A DNA stretch of 45,271 nt from Pelomyxa schiedti (GCA_020536535.1 JAHLWZ010000926.1:1-45271); one strand, 5' to 3'. Positions 23,405 through 34,467 are shown, counted from the first letter of the stretch. Translations and numbers: made by a program. The notes: generated by a model not told the origin, from the letters alone.

Positions 23405-24417
23405 TTACTGTGGCGCAGGCTGGTCGTCTTTTTGGTGTTGGTTTGTGGCCTTGGGATTGCGGATATCAACTCTTTCATGAGTAGTTGTGGTACACATCTC
23501 ATCGGGCTCCTTTTCCCTGTGATGAATGAGTTGATTGAGTTGGGGGTGAATTGTACCTGTCCTGGTCCCAATTCCAAAGAGTAATGACAACTTGAGTTGT
23601 ACAATTAGCTCCAACAATCTTGGTGAGTTAACTCTGCATTTAATGCGGAGGAGGAACCTGTCTTTTATCGGGCGAGCCAGTTGCATGAACATCTCGTCTA
23701 CATTAATATCGTACTTTGCCGACGTTTCAATAAAGGGTATATCCATGCTATCAGCGAATTCCTTTGCCATAGAAGTTGGAATAACTCTTTGTGAAGCCAG
23801 GTCTGTTTTGCTGGCAACGAGAATCTGTTTTGGTGAGTTCATACCCATGTAGAAGAAATCGCACCTTAATAATGTTTTCAGAGGCGTATTGTTCAATCTC
23901 CACAAACCGCTGTTTGACATTGATGTATGATTGCATATTAGTGCAGTCAAACACAATGGCAACACCCTGTGCACCCCGGTAGTATGGCGCTGTTCTAACA
24001 GAGGTTGTCCAGTTCCCGGTGCGGTTCCACTAAAGGGTTTGCAATGTTATTTACCTAAGAGGTGCAGTCCAGGCACACAATTTGAAGCCTTATAAGTTTC
24101 CCATCACACTCAATGAGTTTCAAACGCTGAAATTGTGGGTAAGCAGTTGCATTGCATTGCATTGCTTGGGCATACAAAGTCTATTCCTATAGCGCTGACA
24201 TGCGCGCCTGGCCACGATGGCTATAATATTGTTAACAACAGCTGGAATACCTTCATAAATACAGCAAAGCGTTCCAAGATACACCCTATTTTTTTAAGGT
24301 GAAGCAGGTAGGAGAATGTGCAGAATACGTGGGCATACTTTTCCCAGTGTCACCCTCTAAAAGCACTTTGAAGAAAAAAGCTTCACAGCTGTGGGAACGA
24401 AGGAACTCTCTTTCCAT
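23405..24417 (-). CDS. Rab (Rab1-like) small GTPase with degenerate G motifs; multi-exon, both ends approximate
   Basis: FKVLLEGDTGK, SAIGIDF, DGKLIRLQIW, YYRGAQGVAIVFD, EIEQYASENIIKILVASKTDL, IPFIETSAK. Confidence 0.8.
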
Positions 24418-24611
24418 GTGTCCAACAGACAGACACCGGTGCAACTAGAGTGAAACTTTAACCCGTATGGCACAATTCGATCAGAGGGAATTTTGATGTT
24501 CCTTCTCCCACCTGAACAATGGGCAATTCCGAGTGTGTGACTTTGTGAGTGCCTGACTGTCTCTGCGACGCTCGATCAGTAAGAAGAATCGTTTTCTTGT
24601 AACCCGCAATC

Positions 24612-26661
24612 ATGTCTACCGCGGAGGACTTCGAAGAACTGTTCGCGCCCCGCGTAGAGGAGGAACCTGCGAGCCAGGAAGAGGAAGAGGAAGAGGAAGT
24701 GGAGGACCCGTCGGAGTGGCCTCCCATAATCGACTGCGCGTACATCGGGGAGGGCGTGGTGATCTGTGAACCCGAGGTTGCGGCGGCGCAGGCCAGGCGG
24801 CGGGCGGTCGTGTGTGCGATTATGGGTTGGGACAAGACACTGAGGGACCTGTACCACGAGGTCGGCACATGCACTGAACATTGCTACAAGAATATTGATC
24901 CTCAGCCCCAAGTCAGATCTGCACTGTTGAGTATTTTCCTTTTTTTTTTTTTTTATTTCCCCTTTCTATCTGTACCTACAAATTGGAAATCAAGGTTTGA
25001 GGAACCTGAGCCAGCAGATGATTTGGGCAGAACAGTAACATACATAGCGGCAAAAGCTGGACACCTGGGATGCTTGGAGTTTCTACTGGAATTTGTATGC
25101 CCAAATTTTCTTCACCAGATTTTTTTAATGCGGGACAAAACAAAATCAAGTTCTCTCCAAGCACTGAATGTCCCAAAGGGACCCCACTCCATGGTGCATG
25201 TAAAAAAGGCCACCTGGACTGCGTTAAGCTACTCCTTTCTCATTTCCCCAATGTGGACCAAACCGATGCAAACGGCGATACACCACTCCATGTTGCGGAA
25301 TCCCGCGGATTCACAGAATGCGCTGCCGCCATCGAGACCCACATTCAATTCTGCAACTCTGTTCCGCCCATTACTCGCTGGGTCACGTGGCCGGATTCCT
25401 CTCCTTGCAATCAAGTACAATCTATAGCTTGTGAGCGGGCTGCTATATACAAGAGTTCTATAGCGCAGGGTGTGGAGTACAACCGGGGGAGAGAGACCAT
25501 CGGGGATGAGGAAAGTGAGGAGTGCCAGAGGTTTCTGTGTGTATGGGACACAGTACACACGTTCAGGTGCCTGGGGGCAATGCCTTACGCCATTACAACA
25601 TATATTTGTGCTTATCAGGGTCACGTACCCCGACTTATCCCGAAATTCCCTCAGATACTGCCGGCACTATCACAGCCGGTGGGTCCTACTGCAGTTGGGA
25701 TTATGTCACTTCCACCAGATGTTCTGGTAAACATTTTCACCCTCTGCCGACGGAGTTGTCCATGTGCCTTTCACTCAAAAGAGGTTACTGGCATGCCAAT
25801 TCTGAGATACACCGAAGCAATGTACACGTATGGGTCTTCTTGCTACCGTGAGCTGCCGAGCATTCCCTGGAACTTGTATGAATGCGCTTACACTTTATGT
25901 ACACTGGAGCTTGTTTGCAAAGCGTTCCACGTTGCACATGAGCCCGCGTCTCTCTCGCTGCCTGAGCAGGCTGCCAAGGAAATGTGCCTCCAATTTGGGA
26001 TCACCGACCTCAAAGAAGGCAAGTCCTGGAAGGAACAGCTAATGCTACGTGATATCGTGGGAAGAGAATTTGCCTTGCATAGTAATCCAGAAGCTTCAAA
26101 GGCAGTATTTTTGAATACCTGCTTCACAGGTGACGGTGAAGTTTCTTTTCAGAATGGAAAAGGGTTAGTTCTTGTTTCAAATCCATGGTCAACTAACAGT
26201 TTCCACAATAAGAAAAGTAGCCACTATCCGCGCTGGGGATAAAGTTCTCACAGAAGACGGAACCTACCGCACTATTAAAAGAGTTCACAAGGAGGAAGCA
26301 TTCACAAAATGTAATGTAGTTGTTCTGCAAGGGGTTGTTCTGACTCCCGGTCACCCGGTATGCCTTGCCTCAACTCTCTCTGATTATATCATAATATGTT
26401 TTGTAGGTTCTATCTAATGGTGAGTGGATGCACCCGTTCGAAATAGCACCGGTGACCAGGAAATATGTCACCCACTGGTACAACTTTGAGCTAGAAGGCG
26501 GCCCAAAAGTAACCAATCACTCTGTTGTGATCAATGGCCTCGTTGTATGCACACTGGGGAAGGACTGCGGAACAAGGATAACAACCGGCTGGCCAAAACA
26601 GGACAAGCTTTTTGGCAGAGGCTATTGGACAAACAACCCCTGTGCAACAATAATACCTTAG
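24612..26661 (+). CDS. Ankyrin repeat + F-box + C-terminal Hint (Vint-type) domain protein; multi-exon
   Basis: Ankyrins (GRTVTYIAAKAGHLGCL, GTPLHGACKKGHLDCV, GDTPLHVA); F-box-like IMSLPPDVLVNIF...LVCKAF; Hint CFTGDGEV...IRAGDKVLT, LTPGHP, W.HP, YNFEL, NGLVVCTLG. Confidence 0.8.
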
Positions 26662-26877
26662 ATTATTGTTGGTGTCAATTCACAATTCAGAGGTAGTGTC
26701 CCAACAAATTAAGTACCACTAAAAAAATTACAATAGGCACGGCGTGCCTCTGCCAAAGTCTGTGACTGTGTCATTTAACACTGTTCAATTGGAAAAGCTC
26801 TGGTTGAAAATTTCAAAAACAGATTTATCTTGTTTTATTCAAAACTGTGTGATGTGGATTGGCAGAGATTGATGAGT

Positions 26878-28425
26878 TTACTCGTCCTCTGTGGGTTCTG
26901 GGAATACAGGAATGGCACGAATTCTGTCATCAATTTCACAGCGTAATGCTCCCTCAATCATAGCAAGGGTCATTGTCCTAGCACTCGCACAGTTCTCACA
27001 AGCCCCGGAATACTGCACATTAGAAAAAGAGTGAGTAAAACGAAGGATAATTTGATGGCTATAGTACCTGTATGTACACGTTGAAGGTTCCGTCGGCTTG
27101 CTCCTTTACATCAAGGACTTCACAGTCTCCACCATCTGCAAAAAGTCTGGGTCTTACAACCTTGGTCAAAACTCCATCGATTGTGTTTAGCTTTCGGATT
27201 AGTGTCATTGAGCCGAAGCCTGTGATTTGATGTGAGGGGATATATTCAGTGAGGAGAAATGATACCTGGGATAGTGGGTGGAGGTGTAGTGGAAGTACTA
27301 GTTGTTGCCGGTGATGGTGAAGGAGAAGGAGAAGCCGTGGTTGAAGCTGGGGTGGTGGATGTGACGGCGGTTGTTGTAGCCTTGGCCGTTGCGGGAGAGG
27401 AGAGTGATGCCTTGACTTGCTCGAGTTCCATTTCGGCCAAGGTATCCCGCAGTATATCGGCCAAATAGTACTTCTTTGCTTCATGCCCACCAGGCCGTAT
27501 GCAACTCTTACAGAATCCTCCTGCTTTGGTGTACTGTGTTATTTGCTCGACTGTGGTGAGTTTGTTCAGTCGGATAACCTGACGGTTTATCAGAAGCTGC
27601 GCAACGACTAGAATACCAAACCTCTTTGATGGTACCAAGTGTGACTCGGGCGCAGGCACATACTATCTCTCGGTCTTCAAGGGATTCAGAATCAACTCCT
27701 TTGTAAGCTGCAACAGCCTTCTTTAACACATCGTGTGCCATCACACTGCAGTGCATTTTCTGTGGAGGAACTGCAGGTTTATCTGGGGTGTCCCTAAGTG
27801 CTTGTTCGACAACAAGGTTTGTGATTCCTAGGGTGTCATCAACATTTTTCCCGATACAAAGCTCGCACTATAAGGAAATGAATAAGCATAAGAAAGCTAT
27901 GTGTAAAATTTAGAAGGGTACCATGATGTCACTTGAAGCTATTGCAGTACCGCACCCAAAGCTCTTGAACCTAGCTAGTTTCACGATATTCGTAGCAGGG
28001 TCCACAACCCAATAGAGTCTCACCTTTTGGAGTTGGTTAAAATGTGAAGTAGTTATCAACTCCATTACATTTCCGAGAGTAACATTCTTAATTAACACAT
28101 AAAAGGGGGAAACAAAAATACCATATCGCCGCAAGCTTCGGCACCAAAATCGGCAACGACGAGGGTACCCCCCAGCGCAGTTGCTTCGGCCTCGGTGATT
28201 TCACCTCGGTGTTGTGGGTTGTTCATCCTGCTGCTCACCTTTTATGTAATTAATAGGTACTGCATGCATGTGTAAAAAAAAAAACAAAAAGCAATAAATA
28301 AATAAATAAAAAAATAAAAAACAAAAAAACTAAATAAAAAAAAGGGAGCGTGTAGGCGCTAACGACGTTACCTTTTGCGAGTACTGCTCCCACAAGCCAC
28401 CTCCCACAAGTCTTTCCTTACCCAT
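26878..28425 (-). CDS. nifU: NifU Fe-S cluster scaffold (NIF system), epsilonproteobacterial type; 7 exons
   Basis: LWEQYSQKVSSRMNNP, ADFGAEACGD, FKSFGCGTAIASSD, VPPQKMHCSVMA, IVCACARVTLGTIKEVIRLN, TKAGGFCKSC, DGGDCEVLDVK, YSGACENCAS. Confidence 0.95.
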
Positions 28426-28770
28426 TCGTAATAAATATATAGTTTCCTGCCTTCGCTATGTGCTTGTGTCTTGTTTTGTAGTATTTTTTTTATTTTTTTT
28501 TTTGAAGAAATAAAAAGGTCCTTTTATCTCCAGGAGGTGCACGATGTTGCGCGTCATTATTAACACGGGATTAGCCTAAGAACCTGCGAAATCAACAGAG
28601 TCGCCACTTCGGCACTCGTTCTCGGCACTTGGCCAACAGACCGAATCTCCTCTGGCTTCTTGACTCCAGCCCAAATTCTCCACTCACAGATCCGGCGAAA
28701 CCCAAAAGGTGCAGGCACACCCTCACAACCAAGGGACACGTTGGGTGTGTAACATTCGCGCCGACTCCCA

Positions 28771-31065
28771 ATGACAACAACAACAACAACAACAACAACC
28801 ATAACAGCAACAACAGCAGCGGCGGCTCCCCCCACACTGCACCCCCCACCACCCCCACCGCCGGTAGCCAACCCAGACACCGACGGTGGAACAGCCGCGG
28901 CGGAGACGGCCGCCGTGCTGCGGCCCCCGGTGGGGTCCTCCACGTCGCTCCAAGCACCACCACCACCACCACCACCAGCAGCGGCAGCGGCGGAGACCGC
29001 CGCCCCACAAGAACAGCACCACGGCACGGAGGAGGAGAAGGAGGAGGCACCGCGGGGCGTGGTGGTGGCCGTGGCGGTGAACTCCCCAACCACAACCATC
29101 ACAACAGCAGCGGCAACAAATAAAACCGAGAAAGAGGATGATGGGGTGGTGGCGGCGCAGGGGGGAAATGTGAATTGGAATAGTGATGGTGGTGGTGGGA
29201 TGGGTGGTTGCGGGATTATATCGGCACTGCCCCCGCTGCTGCACAGGCCTCATCATGCTTCGCTGTCTGCTCTGCCCCCACTTTGCTCCACCGTCGCGGC
29301 TAGTACTGCCTCTGGCACTGGCACTGGCACTGACACTGGTACTATTACTATTAGTGCGGTTCCTGGTGGTGATTGTGATGGTGGTGTTGGTTCTGTGGTG
29401 GTGCCTTCCACTCCTGGTTCGATTACTAGCGCTGCCAGTGGTGGCTGTGCTACTCCTGGCAGTATGACTTCACTGCCTTCTTTCTCACAGATAACAGCTT
29501 GCGGAAGTGCGGTTATCAGTGCGCGGGGGGAGAGGAAGAGGGCTCCCAGTGGAACGCTAGGGTATGGAATGAACAGAGATGAATATGCTGCCGACGAGGA
29601 GAATGACGAGGAGGATTCAGCTGGGAGCAGTGGAAGTGCTGGATACAGCGGAAGTGAATCGGATTCAGATGGCGGATTTGGTGTGGTAGTAAGTATACAC
29701 CACACGTCCCGCCCTCGGGCAAAGAACACCTTAAGGCGTGGGGGATTCGGTTTGGGAGCTAACAGCTGTAATTTTGAAGGAATGCAGAATTCTATGTATC
29801 CACCAATTAATATGCAAATCCCACCACCAAGAATGCTGGGCATCCCCCCGCAAAAGCAGCTGGAGCCACTACTTGGTATCAATTCTTCAAGACAACAACT
29901 ACAAAATAATTCCCTCCCACCATTAATGGTTCCACAAGTCCCTCAACGTCCACATCCCCAACCATCCACCTCCGTGGTTCCTCTACCTTCCTTGCAGTCA
30001 CTTACGCATTCCCAAAATTCTTTTCCTCTTCCGACGGTTTCTCCAAATTTAAATGAATGCCCGAAAATATCCCAACCCCTTCAAGAGCACCCAAACCAGG
30101 CACAATACCCCCAACAAACAACATCTCAATTGGGTCAATATAGTGCACACCATCTCCCTCCTCTTCTCTGCGGACCTCCCAACATACCGAATCTGTCCAG
30201 GAGCAAGCCCATTTCTCAACAGGGTTCCAACTCCCTGCCTCCCCTCCGCATTCCATCCTTCCCCGTCAGTCTTCAGTCTCCTCCCCCCCATATACAAGCT
30301 ATTCCATCCATACCACACCCTCCGATCACTTTCTCACAATCGCCGCTGATTGATGTGTGTACTCCCTTGATACCCTACCCGGGTGACGGGAACCCACCAA
30401 GCTCTGCCGAGTTGCAACCCCCCACAAGGAAGCGGCGAAAAAAGGAAGGAGACGGCACCCCGAACCCACCCTGCATCCATTGCGGAGTGGAATCAGCCTG
30501 GAGGCATGACAAGCGCCGGTTTTGGTGCAAGCAATGCCGCAAGTCATTCACACCCCGCTTCAGCACCTCTGCTTCTTCCACATTGGTATCCACATCAGCG
30601 CCCACCACCACATCCCCTCCGCCAAGTTGTAAATCCGGTTCAATCCCGGCAGTAACCACACAACCCCCACCACCCACTACTGCTGTAATTCCACCTCAAC
30701 AGCCAATGCACACAAGAAAATCCAGCGCCCGGAGCAGTTCCGGCAGAACTTCTAGGCAAAAAGTATCATCATCCAAACGTGGTGGACACAGCAACAACAC
30801 AAGCAGTCCTCCCATAATAGTTGAGGTTCAACAGGATGACCACCACAACATCCACCCAATCACGCCATGTCCCCCACTGCCATCAGTACTTCCCCCTCCT
30901 CAGGGCTTTGTGCAATTCCCCCAATTGCAAATAGGAGGAGGAGGGGGGACTATTCCGGCTAATCACCCATTCGTACCTGTGAATATTTCCCTGCCGCCAC
31001 CAACAGCACTTCCTCCGTTGGTGTCATCATCCACAGTACCGGTTCCTCCCATCAAGGTTTGTTGA
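28771..31065 (+). CDS. Low-complexity Pro/Gln-rich putative transcription factor with one C4 zinc finger similar to Dictyostelium GBF
   Basis: 764-aa intronless ORF; NLS-like RKRRKK followed by PPCIHCGVESAWRHDKRRFWCKQCRKSFTP. Confidence 0.7.
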   Translation: MTTTTTTTTTITATTAAAAPPTLHPPPPPPPVANPDTDGGTAAAETAAVLRPPVGSSTSLQAPPPPPPPAAAAAETAAPQEQHHGTEEEKEEAPRGVVVAVAVNSPTTTITTAAATNKTEKEDDGVVAAQGGNVNWNSDGGGGMGGCGIISALPPLLHRPHHASLSALPPLCSTVAASTASGTGTGTDTGTITISAVPGGDCDGGVGSVVVPSTPGSITSAASGGCATPGSMTSLPSFSQITACGSAVISARGERKRAPSGTLGYGMNRDEYAADEENDEEDSAGSSGSAGYSGSESDSDGGFGVVVSIHHTSRPRAKNTLRRGGFGLGANSCNFEGMQNSMYPPINMQIPPPRMLGIPPQKQLEPLLGINSSRQQLQNNSLPPLMVPQVPQRPHPQPSTSVVPLPSLQSLTHSQNSFPLPTVSPNLNECPKISQPLQEHPNQAQYPQQTTSQLGQYSAHHLPPLLCGPPNIPNLSRSKPISQQGSNSLPPLRIPSFPVSLQSPPPHIQAIPSIPHPPITFSQSPLIDVCTPLIPYPGDGNPPSSAELQPPTRKRRKKEGDGTPNPPCIHCGVESAWRHDKRRFWCKQCRKSFTPRFSTSASSTLVSTSAPTTTSPPPSCKSGSIPAVTTQPPPPTTAVIPPQQPMHTRKSSARSSSGRTSRQKVSSSKRGGHSNNTSSPPIIVEVQQDDHHNIHPITPCPPLPSVLPPPQGFVQFPQLQIGGGGGTIPANHPFVPVNISLPPPTALPPLVSSSTVPVPPIKVC

Positions 31066-31213
31066 TTCCTTCTCAGAATTGTCTATCCTGACACCCCATA
31101 GAACGGTGACCACCATAAGAAATCATAAAAACCGTGGAACAGCTACTTATTTTGAAAACGAACACAGGAACTTGCCCGTGATAAATCTAAGCCGAACAAC
31201 TTTCAAAAATTAA

Positions 31214-31284
31214 TGCGGGTGCCTGGAATCGGACCAGGGTTTTCAGAGCCACAATCTGAAGTTCTACCTCTAAACTACACCCGC
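31214..31284 (-). tRNA. trnH-GUG: tRNA-His (GUG), copy 2
   Basis: Identical to 23154-23224. Confidence 0.92.
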
Positions 31285-31403
31285 TTCACATTCTTAGAGC
31301 CCCGTTTGTGGAATGTCGAGGTAAGGTTGTCCTTTATTTCAGATCTTGTTTAGTTTTTCACATAGTTTCTCTTCAGTGAAAAAATTTCGCTGCATCACTG
31401 GAA

Positions 31404-31475
31404 GCGTTTGTGGTGAAATGGTTCTCATAGCAGCCTTCCAAGCTGTTGTTCCGGGTTCGATTCCCGGCAAACGCA
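31404..31475 (+). tRNA. trnG-UCC: tRNA-Gly (UCC), copy 2
   Basis: Identical to 23324-23395; followed by T-rich terminator. Confidence 0.95.
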
Positions 31476-31511
31476 TTCATTTTTTCTTTTTCTCTCTCGC
31501 TTTTGTGCGGT

Positions 31512-31760
31512 ATGTGTGACGTGGTTACGCGGCCAGTGGCCTCTACAGCAACACACACTACGTCGGGCGTAGCGCATGCGGACGAGTTGGTGGTGGGCAT
31601 GTGGGACGACGCGGACCGGGTAGCACGCGAGTACGGCAAGATGCTGGACAGCCTGCGGGGGGGCATGGCCGCCCTCGCCGCCGCACGGCGCCTGGGCGTG
31701 GACGCGTCCCTCGCCTCGGTCGACCTGTCCGCAGACGCACCGCCCCCGTGTGCCTGCGTG
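31512..31760 (+). pseudogene. GC-rich coding-like helical fragment, possibly a BORC/BLOC-1 subunit-like remnant
   Basis: Coding-like composition, ADELVVGMWDDADRVAREYGKMLDSLRGGMAAL; no clear downstream exons. Confidence 0.25.
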
Positions 31761-32509
31761 GCATTGTGTGTGTTTTTATCTCATGTGTATATATGTGTAA
31801 ACTTGTATGTGTGTCTGTCTTGTCTCTATCTTTGATATTTGGACCATTTTACTATTGCCCAGTGTTACAAATTTTTTTTTTACATACAAGTATGCTCTAA
31901 CATTGCTGGCACAGGAAGTGTGGGTGTGACACTGTATCATCACACGAGACTTGTTCCCCACACCTTGGTGGTTGCATTTCTTTTGAGCTTCATAATGTGA
32001 CACCACAGTCGGACCCAATCAGGTGGTTCAGCCTCTTGCCGCCAAAGCCACTGCGTGACAGCCAAAAGTGCTTCCGAGAAGGTATTATCGTTCTTTCACC
32101 CATTCCGAATATCCAAACACTTACAGCGTTACGCTCTGCTGTTGCAATTGCTGATTTGCAGCACTCCATTCGGGTCAATCACGTCAGGTTACAATCACTT
32201 TCGTGAACATCTTGATTCCATCATGGAACCAGACAGTGTCTGTCTACAGTTTTTGGGTGAAGAAATCAGGGTTGTTATTTTTCAAGCAAGTACTTGAAAT
32301 TTTTTTGCCCAGTCCCAACAAGTACTTGGGCTGCAGATCACAATCAGAGGGGGCCTGGCCACGCACTCAAGGGAGTCCCCCTAATGGCTTACTTGGGTAT
32401 GAGAAAGATATGTTTGCTTTTCTGTAAACATAGTAGTATGAGGAAACTTTGATTTTCTTGAAAATCAAGAAAAGTGGGAAGAAACCACTTCATGCAAAAA
32501 ATCCCACGA

Positions 32510-33141
32510 ATGAGACCATCTGTGTTCCCGTACATGTCAGTGGGTGCGGTGATGGCCACGGTGTTAGTGTGTGTGCTAGTCATTGACACCACAGAGGGAG
32601 CATTATGTGCCAACGTCAAAGAGCGAATCAGTGGTTCAGTTAACCCAAGTTCACTCTCCTTCTCAGGCATGTTACATTTCCTTTTGTTTTTTTTTTTTTG
32701 GTTTGCTGTAGAAACTCTGAACATGGAATACAAACGGCGCAGCTTATCTTCTCTTCTCTTAGGAAAAGTAAATACGCTGTACCTGCTGCGGTGCGACGGG
32801 ACTGGAACCCTCACAGTGTCCACCTGTGCTGACGGAGCGGACACGATGCTGTACTGGTACAACAGCAACGACTGCGTCAACGAGGTCACCTCGGATAGCG
32901 ACACTTGCCCTAACGGGCAATCGGCGGTCATTGCCGACCAGGCTGTTGATGGCGGGACTGACTACGTGGTGGGGCTGTACAATGCGGACGCAAACTTGGT
33001 AATAAGTGAGTGTACCCGGCCCCCCAGCTCCCCCTCCCAATCACTGACTCACTGACTAACTCACTCACTTGGACAGCCGGCGGAGGCTCTTGCACCAATC
33101 TGGTTGGTCCCTCCCCTGAGTGCATTGCCAGGACACCTTAA
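32510..33141 (+). CDS. Small secreted beta-sandwich (PPC/CUB-like) protein, paralog 1 (3 exons)
   Basis: Signal peptide; LLRCDGTGTLTVSTC..ADTMLYWYN...C..DSDTC...GGTDYVVGL; ends GGGSCTNLVGPSPECIARTP*. Confidence 0.65.
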
Positions 33142-33682
33142 TGAACATCTTGATTTGTTGAAAGAACTTGATTCCATCATTGGAACAGACAGTTCCGAAT
33201 TAATTAATCTTTCACATAATTATTCAAAACGAACAGAAATGCAGCTTCCCGTGCTTGGAGTGTGTTCTGTGATGGTTCTTCTGGGCCTACTGGTAGGAAT
33301 TGACACCACAGAGGGGGCACTGTGTCCCAACATCGCAGAGTCACTCACTCACATTATCATTCTTTGTTTCACCCATTCCGAATATCCGAACACTTACAAG
33401 TTCAACAACAACAGCGTGATGTCCGCAGTTGCTGATTTGCAAATGCACTCCATTCGTAAGGTTACACTCACTTTCGTGAACATCTTGATTTGTTGAAAGA
33501 ACTTGATTCCATCATTGGAACAGACAGTTCCGAATTAATTAATCTTTCACATAATTATTCAAAACGAACAGAAATGCATCTTCCCGTCCTTTGGGTGTGT
33601 TCTGTGATGGTTCTTCTGGGCCTACTGGTAGGAATTGACACCGCAGAGGGGGCACTGTGTCCCAACATCGCAGAGTCACTCA
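33142..33682. repeat. ~205-bp direct repeat (33142-33347 and 33477-33682, period 335)
   Basis: Near-identical sequence tgaacatcttgatttgttgaaagaac...gcagagtcactca in both copies. Confidence 0.9.
33239..33347 (+). pseudogene. Truncated exon-1 duplicate of the secreted PPC-like gene
   Basis: Near-identical to 33574-33682; homology stops after LCPNIAESL. Confidence 0.65.
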
Positions 33683-34145
33683 GCGGTCCACTGCCCCATA
33701 CCTTTATTTGTAATTTCCTTCTGCCGTGGCTTCGTTTTTAAATATTATAAAGAAAAAAGGCACCACACTGAAATTCTCTTAGCGACGCCAGGTGCGCGGT
33801 TCCTATTGCGATGTGATGGCACTGGAACACTCACATTGTCCACCTGCGGATGGGGATTCAACACGGAGCTGTTCTGGTACAACCGCACCGACTGCGTCAA
33901 CGCGATCACCAGCGATACCAACGGTTGCGCGGAGGGTAGTGTGGAAGCGATCATTAGCAACCAGCCTGTTACTGGTGGGACTGACTACGTGTTGGAGGTC
34001 CAGACTACTGACCCAGCTGTCGTTGTGGAAACAAGTGAGTACTCCACATGACAACAATGATTGATAATCCACTTGAACAGCCGGCGGAGGATCTTGTGCA
34101 AATCTCGTTGGTCCCTCACTTCAGTGCGTGGCTAGGCTCCCCTGA
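33574..34145 (+). CDS. Small secreted beta-sandwich (PPC/CUB-like) protein, paralog 2 (3 exons)
   Basis: Signal peptide; LLRCDGTGTLTLSTCGWGFNTELFWYN...GGTDYVLEV; ends GGGSCANLVGPSLQCVARLP*; same intron positions as paralog 1. Confidence 0.65.
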
Positions 34146-34467
34146 TAGAAATTAAGAAAACCTAACTGTGAGTCACCTCAGTGATCCCAACCTGGATCTG
34201 GGTCAGGAGAACAGTAGACGCATAATCTCATACGATTTCATTGTGATCATTCTTAGCGATGTTGTTTAAATGGCGGGGTAGAATAATCAACAGACCGGAA
34301 CGCTGTACTTTTCGTTATCGTCGCTCAGGATCGGCGGTCTGGTGTTTTTTTTATTCAGCGCCAAATGTTGGCGCAAAAAAAAAACGGTGCTTGCTAGTTG
34401 CGTGCAGTTACTACAACAAAAAATAAAATACCATCTTAGTTGTCGCGGCACAAAGGAACAGAGGACA

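Larger units (their letters stand above)
31161..31475. repeat. Direct repeat copy 2 of the tRNA-His/tRNA-Gly cassette
   Basis: Aligns with 23083-23395. Confidence 0.9.

Noticed and set aside
28560-29882. Several overlapping antisense and alternative-frame ORFs
   Set aside because: By-products of GC-rich trinucleotide low-complexity sequence within the 764-aa gene
33142-33682. LTR element or CRISPR-like repeat
   Set aside because: The repeat is a duplicated promoter plus exon 1, with no TG..CA ends, internal coding region or spacer array
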